This document shows positions 38,427 to 48,903 of a stretch of DNA of 64,000 nt, in pieces. Position 1 is the first letter of the stretch. Each line of letters begins with the position of its first letter. The position numbers and the translations under genes were made by a program. Origin of the DNA: Bdellovibrionota bacterium (lineage in GTDB: Bacteria; Bdellovibrionota_C; UBA2361; OMII01); the NCBI GenBank assembly GCA_044351885.1, contig JBILEW010000002.1, positions 14,033 through 78,032 of the forward strand. Reading direction: 5' to 3'. Under the pieces are notes generated by a model. The model was not told where the DNA came from and did no database searches. It worked only from the letters and a program-made list of their open reading frames with translations.

Positions 38427-38837
38427 CTAGGCGGATGCAAGCTCGCGCACCGCCTCGATACGAGCCAACTTCTGCGCAACGACCTCCCACTCAGGATCGA
38501 AGAGGCTCAACGCTTCAAGCTCTGTCGCGAGCAGACCTTCGTCCTGCTTGAGCACACTCGTATCGATCGACTCCTTGAGATCTACAGTGTCAGCGAGAAG
38601 GGTCAGCACGTCGTCCTTGTACGTACAAACCCCGCCTGCAGCGACGAATCTGACCGTATCACCACTCTCTGTCACGCACTCGGCGATGCCAGTTGCGAGG
38701 AGTCCAACGTACTCGCGGTGGCCAGGAAGAAACCCGATCTCGCCTACGGCGGATTTGAGGTTCGCTGACGTAACCGCCGACTCGAACTCGAGCCCTCGCC
38801 CCGAGAACACCTTCAATTGGAACGTTCCGTCTGCCAT
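38427..38837 (-). CDS. atpC: F1Fo ATP synthase subunit epsilon
   Basis: 136 aa located after atpD. The N-terminal beta-sandwich pattern FQLKVFSGRGLEFESAV...GEIGFLPGH is typical. Confidence 0.9.
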   Translation of the reverse strand: MADGTFQLKVFSGRGLEFESAVTSANLKSAVGEIGFLPGHREYVGLLATGIAECVTESGDTVRFVAAGGVCTYKDDVLTLLADTVDLKESIDTSVLKQDEGLLATELEALSLFDPEWEVVAQKLARIEAVRELASA

Positions 38838-38855
38838 CGCCCTACTCCTTCAAGG

Positions 38856-40304
<1,449 letters not shown>

Positions 40305-40314
40305 CTACCTTTCG

Positions 40315-41202
40315 TTACTTGAGAGCCTCTGCTCCACCCACGATGTCGAGGAGCTGATTTGTAATACCTGTCTGACGAAGCTTGTTACGCTTGAGCGTAA
40401 GGGTTTCGATCAGTTCTGATGCATTCTTCGTAGCGTTGTCCATCGCCGTCATACGGCTTGCGTGTTCGCTCGCCTTGGTATCGAACGCGGCTTGGCGAAC
40501 CATTGCTCGTACGATACGCGGAACTACGGCGTTGAAAACACGTTGTGGATTCGGCTCGAAAAGCGCGATGTCGTTACGCTCCGTCAGAGCGTTAGCCGTA
40601 TCACCCGCGAGCGCCTCACGGCTGAGCGGAAAGAGCTGCTCGGTCGTGGGGATGAGCGAGATGGCCGAACGAAATCGGGTGTAAATGATGTGCAACTCGT
40701 CGAACTCCTCCTTGAGAAATCCGACCTCGAGCTTTTGGCACACGTCGTTGATCGGCCACCCATTCGGATCGTCGGGAAGGGTTTCGAGGGCCTCCTCGTA
40801 CTGACGCCCTACACGTCGGAAGTACTCGGCAGGCTTCTTGCCCATGATCACCCACGAGATCTGCGCACCTGGGTGCTTGGCGGAGAGATCCTTCGCTACC
40901 GTTTCCACCATTCGGTTTACGTTGGTGTTGTACGCCCCAGAAAGGCCACGCGCTCCCCCGAGAACCAGTACGCGGATGCGCTTCACATTCGTACGCGCCT
41001 CAAGGAGCGGATGTGAATAGTCACCCCCTGCCCCAAGCTGCGCCAGCACCCCTTTGAGCGCATCAGTGTACGACCGAGACTTCACCACCGCTTCCTGCGT
41101 CTTACGGAGCTTCGCCGCCGAGACCAGTTTCATCGCGTAGGTGATCTTCTTCGTGTTACTCACCGACTTTAGGCGCCGGCGAATCTCTTTCAGACCTGCC
41201 AT
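40315..41202 (-). CDS. atpG: F1Fo ATP synthase subunit gamma
   Basis: MAGLKEIRRRLKSVSNTKKITYAMKLVSAAKLRK and C-terminal ITNQLLDIVGGAEAL. Confidence 0.95.
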   Translation of the reverse strand: MAGLKEIRRRLKSVSNTKKITYAMKLVSAAKLRKTQEAVVKSRSYTDALKGVLAQLGAGGDYSHPLLEARTNVKRIRVLVLGGARGLSGAYNTNVNRMVETVAKDLSAKHPGAQISWVIMGKKPAEYFRRVGRQYEEALETLPDDPNGWPINDVCQKLEVGFLKEEFDELHIIYTRFRSAISLIPTTEQLFPLSREALAGDTANALTERNDIALFEPNPQRVFNAVVPRIVRAMVRQAAFDTKASEHASRMTAMDNATKNASELIETLTLKRNKLRQTGITNQLLDIVGGAEALK

Positions 41203-41214
41203 CGTGCGGAGTCC

Positions 41215-42810
41215 TTATGCTGCGTTAGCGTGTTGCTGAGCCGACTTCTCCTTGGAGTGCGGCGCCTTCCCGTTCGCAGAACCGTTCAAGCTGGCGGTGA
41301 CGCCTGCGATAAACTGATCAACGAATGGGGCGATGCACTTCTTGAGCTTCTCGGTCATCTCCTTGTCGAGCTCGAGCTTCTTGCGCAGCTCGTCCATGAC
41401 ATCGGCATGCGCCGTGAGCATGTGACGGTGCAGCGCCTCTTCGAACTCACGAACCTGCGATACCTCGAGCTTGTCGACGAATCCGCCAGTGACAGCGTAG
41501 ATCGACAAAACTTGGAGCTCGACGGGCATCGGCACATACTGGCCCTGCTTCAAGATCTCTACGAGCCGCGCACCACGTGCGAGCTGCGCACGGGTTGCCG
41601 CATCGAGATCCGAACCGAACTGCGCGAAAGCCTGCTTTTCACGATACTGAGCGAGCTCGAGACGGAGCGTTCCAGCGATCTTCTTCATCGCCTTCACCTG
41701 CGCGGCTCCTCCTACACGGGAAACGGAGAGACCTACGTTCACTGCCGGACGGATACCGGAGTTGAAGAGGTCTGCCTCGAGGAAGATCTGACCGTCGGTA
41801 ATCGAGATTACGTTGGTCGGAATGTACGCCGAAACGTCACCCTCGAGGGTCTCGATGACAGGAAGCGCAGTAAGCGAACCGGCGCCGAGCTCATCGCTCA
41901 ACTTAGCCGAACGCTCCAGCAAGCGAGAGTGGAGGTAGAATACGTCGCCAGGATACGCCTCGCGTCCCGGTGGACGGCGGAGCAGGAGCGAAACGCTTCG
42001 GTACGCTACTGCATGCTTCGAAAGATCGTCGTAAATGACGAGTGCATGCTTCCCCTTCTCCATGAAGTACTCACCCATCGTGCATCCGGTGTACGGAGCG
42101 AGGAAGGAGAGCGGAGCGGGCTCGGAAGCGGTAGCCGCTACGACGATCGTGTGATCCATCGCGCCGTACTCCTTGAGGCGCTCTACGACTTGAACGACCG
42201 ACGATCGCTTCTGACCGATAGCGACGTAGATACAGATTACGCCGTTACCCTTCTGATTGATGATCGTATCGATCGCAACGGTGGTCTTACCGGTCTTCTT
42301 GTCACCGATGATCAGCTCGCGCTGACCTCGGCCTACCGGAGTCATCGAGTCGATCGCCTTGATACCGGTCTGCATCGGCTCGTGTACCGACTTACGACGG
42401 ACGATACCAGGAGCCTTGATCTCTACACGACGATGCTCTGTGGCGTTGATGTCACCGAGGCCGTCGATAGGATTGCCGAGCGCGTCTACCACACGACCTA
42501 CCAGCGCCTCGCCAACAGGTACGGAGGCGATCTGTCCGGTGCGACGAACGGAATCACCCTCGCGAATCTGCGAGGTGTCACCCATAACTACCACGCCGAC
42601 GTTGTCCTCTTCGAGGTTGAAAGCCAGTCCGCGTGTGCCGTTGGAGAACTCTACGATCTCTTGAAGGGCGACCTTGCCGAGACCGTACACACGAGCGATA
42701 CCGTCACCCACACTGAGTACGGTACCAACCTCGGTCAGATCCTGCTCGTTCGAGAGGTTGCCGATCTTGTCCTTGATTATCCTGCTAATTTCATCAGCAC
42801 GTATGTCCAT
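41215..42810 (-). CDS. atpA: F1Fo ATP synthase subunit alpha (with a C-terminal extension of about 20-25 aa)
   Basis: GDKKTGKT Walker A and the typical alpha core. The tail [29 protein letters not shown] is extra. Confidence 0.97.
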   Translation of the reverse strand: MDIRADEISRIIKDKIGNLSNEQDLTEVGTVLSVGDGIARVYGLGKVALQEIVEFSNGTRGLAFNLEEDNVGVVVMGDTSQIREGDSVRRTGQIASVPVGEALVGRVVDALGNPIDGLGDINATEHRRVEIKAPGIVRRKSVHEPMQTGIKAIDSMTPVGRGQRELIIGDKKTGKTTVAIDTIINQKGNGVICIYVAIGQKRSSVVQVVERLKEYGAMDHTIVVAATASEPAPLSFLAPYTGCTMGEYFMEKGKHALVIYDDLSKHAVAYRSVSLLLRRPPGREAYPGDVFYLHSRLLERSAKLSDELGAGSLTALPVIETLEGDVSAYIPTNVISITDGQIFLEADLFNSGIRPAVNVGLSVSRVGGAAQVKAMKKIAGTLRLELAQYREKQAFAQFGSDLDAATRAQLARGARLVEILKQGQYVPMPVELQVLSIYAVTGGFVDKLEVSQVREFEEALHRHMLTAHADVMDELRKKLELDKEMTEKLKKCIAPFVDQFIAGVTASLNGSANGKAPHSKEKSAQQHANAA

Positions 42811-42852
42811 ATCTTCCTTACCTCGTGTCTAAAACTTTCTTCGAGCCCTTAG

Positions 42853-43404
42853 TTAACGCACCAACTGCAACGCCATCCGCTGCAGGGTTCCTGCAACAGA
42901 ACGGTCGAGATATCTGTCCCCGAGTCGGATCGTGAGTCCACCGAGAAGCGACGGATCGCTCTTAACTTGCAGCGTAACCTCACCACCGAGGGCTCGTGAG
43001 AGCTGACCCTTGAGAGCCTCAACAGATGTCGCTTGAGACTCCGACGCAACAGTGACCTCGAGGGATAGAGCTTTGCGGTATTCGGCAACGAACAAGGCGA
43101 AGATCTCTGCGAGTGGTGCTACGATCGCTGCCTTTCTGAGCGTGACCAAGGTGTGGACCACGCGCTTAACCGGCTCTGTCGCATAACCGCCCAGGGAATC
43201 AACGACGCTATCGATGATTGATATACGAGCACCGTTTGCGATGCGCGGATTGAGCATGCTGTCGCGCAGATCAACGGAGACAGACCATGCAGTAGAGAGT
43301 GACTCGAGCTGCGCCTGCACCTTGTCGAAATCGGCCGGATTGCAAACGTCAAAGAGGGCTTTCGCGTATCGCTTCGCCACCCTCTCCTCTTTTCCTGAAC
43401 TCAT
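42853..43404 (-). CDS. atpH: F1Fo ATP synthase subunit delta (OSCP)
   Basis: VAKRYAKALFD N-terminus, 183 aa, and its position in the operon. Confidence 0.9.
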   Translation of the reverse strand: MSSGKEERVAKRYAKALFDVCNPADFDKVQAQLESLSTAWSVSVDLRDSMLNPRIANGARISIIDSVVDSLGGYATEPVKRVVHTLVTLRKAAIVAPLAEIFALFVAEYRKALSLEVTVASESQATSVEALKGQLSRALGGEVTLQVKSDPSLLGGLTIRLGDRYLDRSVAGTLQRMALQLVR

Positions 43405-43424
43405 CCCCTGCCCTCCTTCGTTAC

Positions 43425-44051
43425 TTATTGTACAAGCCTCTTAGCGCGGTCTACTGCGGCGGCTACGTATGCATCTTGTCGGCTGGTGTACTGCCCACTC
43501 GAGAACTTCGAACGAGCGAGCTCTACGGCACGAGCAACTAGTGCGCCGCGGAACGATGCTTCTGCAGAGCGTCGCTCCCCGGTGAGGAGATCCTTGGCCT
43601 GCGAGCGAATACGCGATGCGCGCTCCTCGGCTGCACGGACGATCGACGCAGCCTCTTCCTTGGCGAGAGTAAGAACCTCTGCGCGCGCCTTCTCTTGCTC
43701 TGTTTTCAGCTCGCGCACCATATCTTCGATCGAGCGAAGCTCCTTCTCCGCCGACTGCATCTCAGTGGTCGCCGACACTACCGACTTCTCTACTCGCTGA
43801 CGGCGAGCTTCCCAACCAGAGGCGACGACCTTCCGCAAGAGGAAGTACAGCAGCGCTACGTACAGACCGAAATTCAGCCAGAGGAAACGAAGGTCCCATA
43901 CAGAGGGCGCGTGGCCCTCACCGCCAGAGGCGAAAGCTTCCGGGGCGCCGAAGAATAACGCGACAGACAAGACGGAAATATGAGCGCCTAAGCGACCGGA
44001 GGAACGCGAAAGTATTTGTGGCATCACGCAAGCTCTTTGGAAACGTTTCAT
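43425..44051 (-). CDS. atpF: F1Fo ATP synthase subunit b (with an N-terminal extension)
   Basis: One TM (FLWLNFGLYVALLYFLL) followed by a long charged Ala/Glu/Arg helix. Position in the operon. Confidence 0.85.
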   Translation of the reverse strand: MKRFQRACVMPQILSRSSGRLGAHISVLSVALFFGAPEAFASGGEGHAPSVWDLRFLWLNFGLYVALLYFLLRKVVASGWEARRQRVEKSVVSATTEMQSAEKELRSIEDMVRELKTEQEKARAEVLTLAKEEAASIVRAAEERASRIRSQAKDLLTGERRSAEASFRGALVARAVELARSKFSSGQYTSRQDAYVAAAVDRAKRLVQ

Positions 44052-44208
44052 AGCCCTGGAAACAGATCTCCATCAACTCAGACTCGACCGTGCGGAAACC
44101 ACACGGAGCGGCGGCGGTAGAATAACCAGGTTGAGCGAAGAAGTCACCCCTTAGTCCGATTATTTTCTAGGGGTTTAGGCCACTTCCAGGCCCTTGGCAG
44201 AGCGCCCC

Positions 44209-44688
44209 TCAGTGGACTGTGAGCTGGGCATCAACCCGGGTCACCAAGCTCTCAGCGAGAGCCTGGACCTCGGCATCAGCTTTGGCCTGGGCATCCGCCA
44301 TCTGACGCTCGAGAGCTGCCCTTCCTGTTTGGAGCTCCTGGGCCGCTTCTCCCTCGGCCTTGTCGAGAATCGCTTGGGCCTCACTCTGCGCCTTGGAGAC
44401 CAGCTCCCCTCTCTCGCGATTGGCCTCTACGCGGGCCTGAAACAATGCTTCGTCGTAGCGAGCCCGAAGGGCCTCCGCTTTCTGTCGCATCTGCTCTGCA
44501 GTGTGTAGCGCACCGACCGTAACCCCCTCACGCTGCTCAACATGCTCGAGTATAGGGACGAACAATTTTCGCCGTAGCGTAAGGTACAAAGCGAATATCA
44601 GAGCCGTTCCGACAACGATCATCTTGAGGTCGTCAACCGTAAGGTCAAGAAACTTGAGGGCGGATTCGAAACTGCTTGAGGTATTCAT
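44209..44688 (-). CDS. F1Fo ATP synthase subunit b' (second b-type stalk subunit)
   Basis: One TM (VVGTALIFALYLTL) plus a charged coiled helix, immediately upstream of atpF. Confidence 0.8.
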   Translation of the reverse strand: MNTSSSFESALKFLDLTVDDLKMIVVGTALIFALYLTLRRKLFVPILEHVEQREGVTVGALHTAEQMRQKAEALRARYDEALFQARVEANRERGELVSKAQSEAQAILDKAEGEAAQELQTGRAALERQMADAQAKADAEVQALAESLVTRVDAQLTVH

Positions 44689-44761
44689 AGCGCTAAGAGT
44701 CTACGATTTTGCGGTTTAGATCAACCTGGACGCGGGGCGATTGAAGCGGCCTGCGAGCCCC

Positions 44762-45160
44762 CTACCCCTGAGCCGCTGGCATCGAACACCGACCAACAAA
44801 GGTCGCCCCCGAAGCGATTACAATCGAAGGGGTCGAGAGGTCGCCTCGAACTTCGCCCTTCTCTCCGATGCTAAGAGAGGTGGTCGCAGCGCCATCACCA
44901 ACGAGCTTGCCGTCGATCACTATCTCGGGAGCGTGCAAATGCCCTTCGACCTGTCCGCCCTGCGCGATCACTATCTTCTGCACCGCAGAGACCTCGCCGT
45001 GAACGCTTCCAGCGATTACCACCTCGCCCTCCGCCTTGATATCGCCGCGAATTGAGGCTCCGGCAGCAATTACTGTCGCGCGTGACTGTGCGCGCGATTG
45101 CGAAATCGAGCCCAATTTGTCGTCAAAAAAACGCTCTGGGCTAGCGACTGCATTACTCAT
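44762..45160 (-). CDS. Bactofilin (polymer-forming cytoskeletal protein, DUF583)
   Basis: Beta-helical repeat pattern: IRGDIKAEGEVVIAGSVHGEVSAVQKIVIAQGGQVEGHLHAPEIVIDGKLVGD. Confidence 0.85.
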   Translation of the reverse strand: MSNAVASPERFFDDKLGSISQSRAQSRATVIAAGASIRGDIKAEGEVVIAGSVHGEVSAVQKIVIAQGGQVEGHLHAPEIVIDGKLVGDGAATTSLSIGEKGEVRGDLSTPSIVIASGATFVGRCSMPAAQG

Positions 45161-45180
45161 AAACCCTCCACAATCTCTCT

Positions 45181-46131
45181 CTACTCGCGAGAAGTGCTGA
45201 GAATCTCCACAAGCCGATCGAGCTCCGCATCCGAAAAGAAATGAAGCTCTATCGAGCCCCCCTGCTTCGTACGATGGATCGACACCTTCGTACCGATCGC
45301 ATTTCGAAGCCGCTCTTCGAGCTCAGGGTATACCGCACTTTCGCGGCTCTTTTTCACATCTTTTTCGTCGTTGCTCTTTTTGGCTGTATCGAAGACCACC
45401 ACACGAGACACGATCGCTTCGAGCGCTCGCACCGAGAGCGCTTCTGCGATGACCTTATTCGCCAGATTGGTTTGAGCGGAAGGCTCCTTCACCGTGAGGA
45501 TCGCCTTTGCATGGCCGACAGAGATGCGCCCATCGGCAACCATCTCCTGAACCCCTACCGGCAAGCGCAAAATTCGAACGAGGTTTGCAACCGTCGCTCT
45601 ATCCTTCCCCACTCGCTCTGCCACCTCTTGAGCAGAAAGGGAAAACTCATCCATAAGCCTTTGATATCCTTTGGCTTCTTCCAGCGGATTGAGGTTTTGG
45701 CGCTGCACGTTCTCGACTAGCGCGATCTCCAGAGTTTGGCGCTCATCAAGTTCCTTAATTATTACAGGCACTTGAGTCAACCCTGCGCGTGTAGCTGCCC
45801 TGAATCTGCGCTCTCCCGCTACGATCTGGTATTCGTTGTTGTAGCGCCGTACAAGGATCGGCTGAAGCACCCCAAGTACCTTAATTGACTCAGCTAATTC
45901 GGCAACCTCCTGCTCTGAAAAGTGCGTCCTGGGCTGCGTAGGATTCGGCCGTAACTCTGCAAGCGGAAGAAACGTGACCCCTGCTAGCGGCTTCTCAGTT
46001 GGGACATCGGTGGCATTCGCAGGCGCTTGCTGGGGAACCACGGGTACCGCAGGCACCGAAGAAACGAGAGCGCTCAAGCCGCGACCGAGTGCCGAACGGG
46101 TGTTCTTCTTAAGGTTTTTTGAAAGGTCCAT
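45181..46131 (-). CDS. parB: Chromosome partitioning protein ParB
   Basis: GLSALV, LRPNPTQPR, ELAESIKVLGVLQPILV, IVAGERRFRA, and HTH LSAQEVAERVGKDRATVANLVR. Confidence 0.95.
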   Translation of the reverse strand: MDLSKNLKKNTRSALGRGLSALVSSVPAVPVVPQQAPANATDVPTEKPLAGVTFLPLAELRPNPTQPRTHFSEQEVAELAESIKVLGVLQPILVRRYNNEYQIVAGERRFRAATRAGLTQVPVIIKELDERQTLEIALVENVQRQNLNPLEEAKGYQRLMDEFSLSAQEVAERVGKDRATVANLVRILRLPVGVQEMVADGRISVGHAKAILTVKEPSAQTNLANKVIAEALSVRALEAIVSRVVVFDTAKKSNDEKDVKKSRESAVYPELEERLRNAIGTKVSIHRTKQGGSIELHFFSDAELDRLVEILSTSRE

Positions 46132-46148
46132 TACTACTCCTTACTAGG

Positions 46149-46164
46149 TGTTCCACGTGGAACA
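46149..46164. promoter_or_regulatory. parS: parS site (perfect 16-bp palindrome TGTTCCACGTGGAACA)
   Basis: Differs from the canonical parS TGTTNCACGTGAAACA at one position (TGGAACA for TGAAACA). Lies in the 34-bp parA-parB gap. Confidence 0.85.
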
Positions 46165-46165
46165 G

Positions 46166-46960
46166 TTAAGCCGCCTTCGCATCGCCGGTGTTATCCAAAC
46201 CGAGACGCCCTATCAACTCGCCGGCTAGCGAGAGATAGCTTCGCGCTCCGGCACTCTGGGAGTCATACAGGCAGATCGGAAGTCCGTGACTCGGGCACTC
46301 CGAAAGCTTCACATTACGTGGAATCCGGGTTTTGAAAAGTCGGTCCGCAAAGTGCCGATTCGCTTCCTCGAATACCTGTATAGAGAGGTTGGTGCGGGCG
46401 TCGAACATCGTAAGGAACACCCCGAGCACCTCGAGCTTGGGATTGAAGGTCTGTTGAACGAACGAAATCGTATTGAGGAGGCCCGAGAGCCCCTCAAGCG
46501 AGTAGTACTCAGCTTGCAAGGGAACGAGCACCCAACGGGCAGCACCGAGAGCGTTCAGCGTGAGCAGACCGGAAGAGGGGGGGCAGTCGATGAGAATCAC
46601 GTCGTAGTCGGCCTCTATATCCGCTAAGGCGCTCCTCAGGATCAGCTCTCGACCAGGGGTCTTTCCGAGCTCAAGCTCCAAGCTCACGAGGTCAGGGGAG
46701 CCCGGTACCACCTTTAGATTATCGATAGAGGAGGGGACAACGATATCTGCGAGCTTCAACCGCCCGAAGAACACGTCATAGAGATCTGCTCCCTCTGGAT
46801 GCTTTTCGAGGCCTATACCGCTCGTAGCACTCGATTGAGGGTCAAAATCGAGCAAAAGAACACGAAATCCGAGTATAGCAAGCTGAGCCGAGAGGCTTAC
46901 TGCGCTGGTAGTCTTACCAACGCCGCCTTTCTGATTCGCAAGAGCAACAATATGGGCCAT
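46166..46960 (-). CDS. parA: Chromosome partitioning ATPase ParA/Soj
   Basis: Deviant Walker A NQKGGVGKTT, and VILIDCPPS. Confidence 0.95.
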   Translation of the reverse strand: MAHIVALANQKGGVGKTTSAVSLSAQLAILGFRVLLLDFDPQSSATSGIGLEKHPEGADLYDVFFGRLKLADIVVPSSIDNLKVVPGSPDLVSLELELGKTPGRELILRSALADIEADYDVILIDCPPSSGLLTLNALGAARWVLVPLQAEYYSLEGLSGLLNTISFVQQTFNPKLEVLGVFLTMFDARTNLSIQVFEEANRHFADRLFKTRIPRNVKLSECPSHGLPICLYDSQSAGARSYLSLAGELIGRLGLDNTGDAKAA

Positions 46961-47039
46961 ATGAGCACTTTAAACAACTGACGACGGGAGGGGTACAGAG
47001 GTATCATGAGTACACATGAGGAACAATAAGAAACGCACC

Positions 47040-47055
47040 TGTTCCACGTGGAACA
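47040..47055. promoter_or_regulatory. parS: parS site (TGTTCCACGTGGAACA)
   Basis: Identical palindrome, 80 bp upstream of the parA start. Confidence 0.85.
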
Positions 47056-47086
47056 CTGCAGGTTTCAGCTTCCCACCGATATAAAG

Positions 47087-47102
47087 TGTTCCACGTGGAA
47101 CA
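47087..47102. promoter_or_regulatory. parS: parS site (TGTTCCACGTGGAACA)
   Basis: Identical palindrome, 31 bp after the previous copy and 9 bp from the stop of the upstream gene. Confidence 0.85.
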
Positions 47103-47111
47103 CAGAACGGA

Positions 47112-48302
47112 CTAATCGCCCTTAGTCTGTGACTGAACGAAGCGCTTGCGCACCTCTGCGAAGCTCTCCAGGAGGAATTCGACCTCTGCCTCCGAGTGAT
47201 GAAGGGAGAGCAGGGCTCTTACGACGGCCCCATTCTTACGAACACCGCGTGCCGCTAGCGCATCTACGTAAAGCCCTCGCTGCAAGAGCGCCTCCTGTAC
47301 GTTGCGCGCAATCTGCACGGTGTCGCACGCTATGGAAAGGATCGGCGTCTCTTGAGACTGCCCAATCTTCCAGCCCTGAGCCTTCAAAGCTTGATGGACG
47401 CGGAGAGCACGAGCAGCGAGTCGCTCCCGCCCTACAATTGAGAGCTCAGCTACTCCCAAGGCGACCTCTACCGCTTGGGCCACAGAGGAGGGGGGAGGGG
47501 GATCGAAGCGCAGATACCTTGAGCGCCTAAGAACGAGCTCCTTCAACTCAGGCGAACCTACAACTCCTGCCATCTCTGAGCCTACCAATGAGAGGAAGCT
47601 ACATACTCTGCACAGGAGGGCAGGAGGGGTAGGAAGCACCTCAGAAGACCCGCCGCCACGCATGCCTGCAAGCCCCAGGGCCGCACTTTCATCCACCAGT
47701 AGCCATGCCCCAGACTGCTCAACTATCCGATTTGTCTCAATAATTGGTGCAACTTCACCGGTCAGAGGCGAAACGGTCTCCACCACAACCAAGACCCTCC
47801 GCAGACCGCCGTAACGCTCCACGAGCGCTCGCAATTGCTCTGCTGTTTCGTACTCACCGTAATCAGCGTTAGCCAACGCGCAGGCGTCTGCGAGCGGCAA
47901 GCTGCCCAGGGCAGGGCCGATAACCGCAGCGCCATCTCCGCATAACGCCGTCACTATAGACAGAACAGCCTGATTCTTGTTGGTGAAGAGGGTTGCCGAC
48001 TCACCCCCGAAAAACTGCGCGACTCTCTGCTCGCATTGGAGATGACTCCCCGACAATCCACCGGCAAGTCGCGCTGACGCAACGCCGCAACCTGAGTCAG
48101 CCACCACCTTCGCCATCGCGTTCACGATCTCGCGTCGATTGTGGAGATCAAGGAGATCCCACGAAGCGAAGCTCGTAAGGGGTTTTCCGCGATACACAGG
48201 ATGCCACGAATCAACACCTGCCCTGATACCGATATCCGGTGCTGGCGTTGCCACCTCTAAGGCGAGCTCTTTGAGCAGCTCTGCTTTCACTCCAAGCTTC
48301 AT
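47112..48302 (-). CDS. Alpha-oxoamine synthase (BioF/Kbl)-like fold-type I protein lacking the PLP-binding residues
   Basis: Collinear with E. coli BioF: FSSNDYLGL/FASWDLLDL and LMVDDAHGTG/LLVDESAALG. The Schiff-base segment TFGKGFG reads SFLSLVG (47580-47600), and SHAS reads LGSL. Confidence 0.7.
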   Translation of the reverse strand: MKLGVKAELLKELALEVATPAPDIGIRAGVDSWHPVYRGKPLTSFASWDLLDLHNRREIVNAMAKVVADSGCGVASARLAGGLSGSHLQCEQRVAQFFGGESATLFTNKNQAVLSIVTALCGDGAAVIGPALGSLPLADACALANADYGEYETAEQLRALVERYGGLRRVLVVVETVSPLTGEVAPIIETNRIVEQSGAWLLVDESAALGLAGMRGGGSSEVLPTPPALLCRVCSFLSLVGSEMAGVVGSPELKELVLRRSRYLRFDPPPPSSVAQAVEVALGVAELSIVGRERLAARALRVHQALKAQGWKIGQSQETPILSIACDTVQIARNVQEALLQRGLYVDALAARGVRKNGAVVRALLSLHHSEAEVEFLLESFAEVRKRFVQSQTKGD

Positions 48303-48503
48303 GCCTACGTCTCGGTATTATTCCGCAACATTTCCTTCGAGACGGAGTATACGCTCTAGAGAGGCGAGGCAAAACACCGCATTCGCGCCCTAGTGGGGCA
48401 GGAGAGGGGAGAGAGTGGCAAACTATTGGTCGCAGGCTCTAGCGTAAAGTGAACAAAGAGGACCATTTCGTGACGGGCAACAGTCCGCGGACGCTCTTGT
48501 TAT

Positions 48504-48787
48504 CCGCTTGAGCCAACATCGATCGGCAACCTAGGCATTTTGGTTAATTGACGCGGAGGCGCGGAAGACGGGGAGGGCGCAGCCGAATGTTACGAGCATT
48601 GGTCGACTCCTCAAGTCGGCTGCTCTGGCGCACTAGCTCTCTTGAGTATAGTAGCAACCTCCATCCTGCGGTCTCCGCGTTTTCCGCGCCTCCACGTTAC
48701 ATAAGCGAAATATTCGGGCACGAAGGACTTGAGTGCTTACCGAACGAGGCATAGTTAGCCAACTGTGGAGAACACAAGCGTCGAGGG
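48504..48787. repeat. Repeat family A, copy 2 (uninterrupted)
   Basis: IRs tgacgcggaggcgcggaagacggggagg (48549-48576) and gtctccgcgttttccgcgcctccacgtta (48671-48699). Flanks are homologous to copy 1. Confidence 0.85.
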
Positions 48788-48903
48788 GATAAAGACCCAT
48801 TTTACGCTTCCTTTTCCCCTCGTTGCTCTCGCCGCTCTCTTTGTGAATACTCCTCTCGGATAGCTGTTGCCCGGGCCGCAAGCAAAACTATCCTCTCGAC
48901 TTC

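Noticed and set aside
41230-42852. 540-aa ORF on the + strand spanning atpA
   Set aside because: Same reasoning: it is an antisense shadow of the alpha subunit gene.
48548-48754. 68-aa ORF (MTRRRGRRGGRS...) and the 111-aa ORF at 37936..38271
   Set aside because: Both lie entirely inside the family A and MITE-like repeats. They are translations of the inverted-repeat DNA, are Arg-rich, and show no coding signal.
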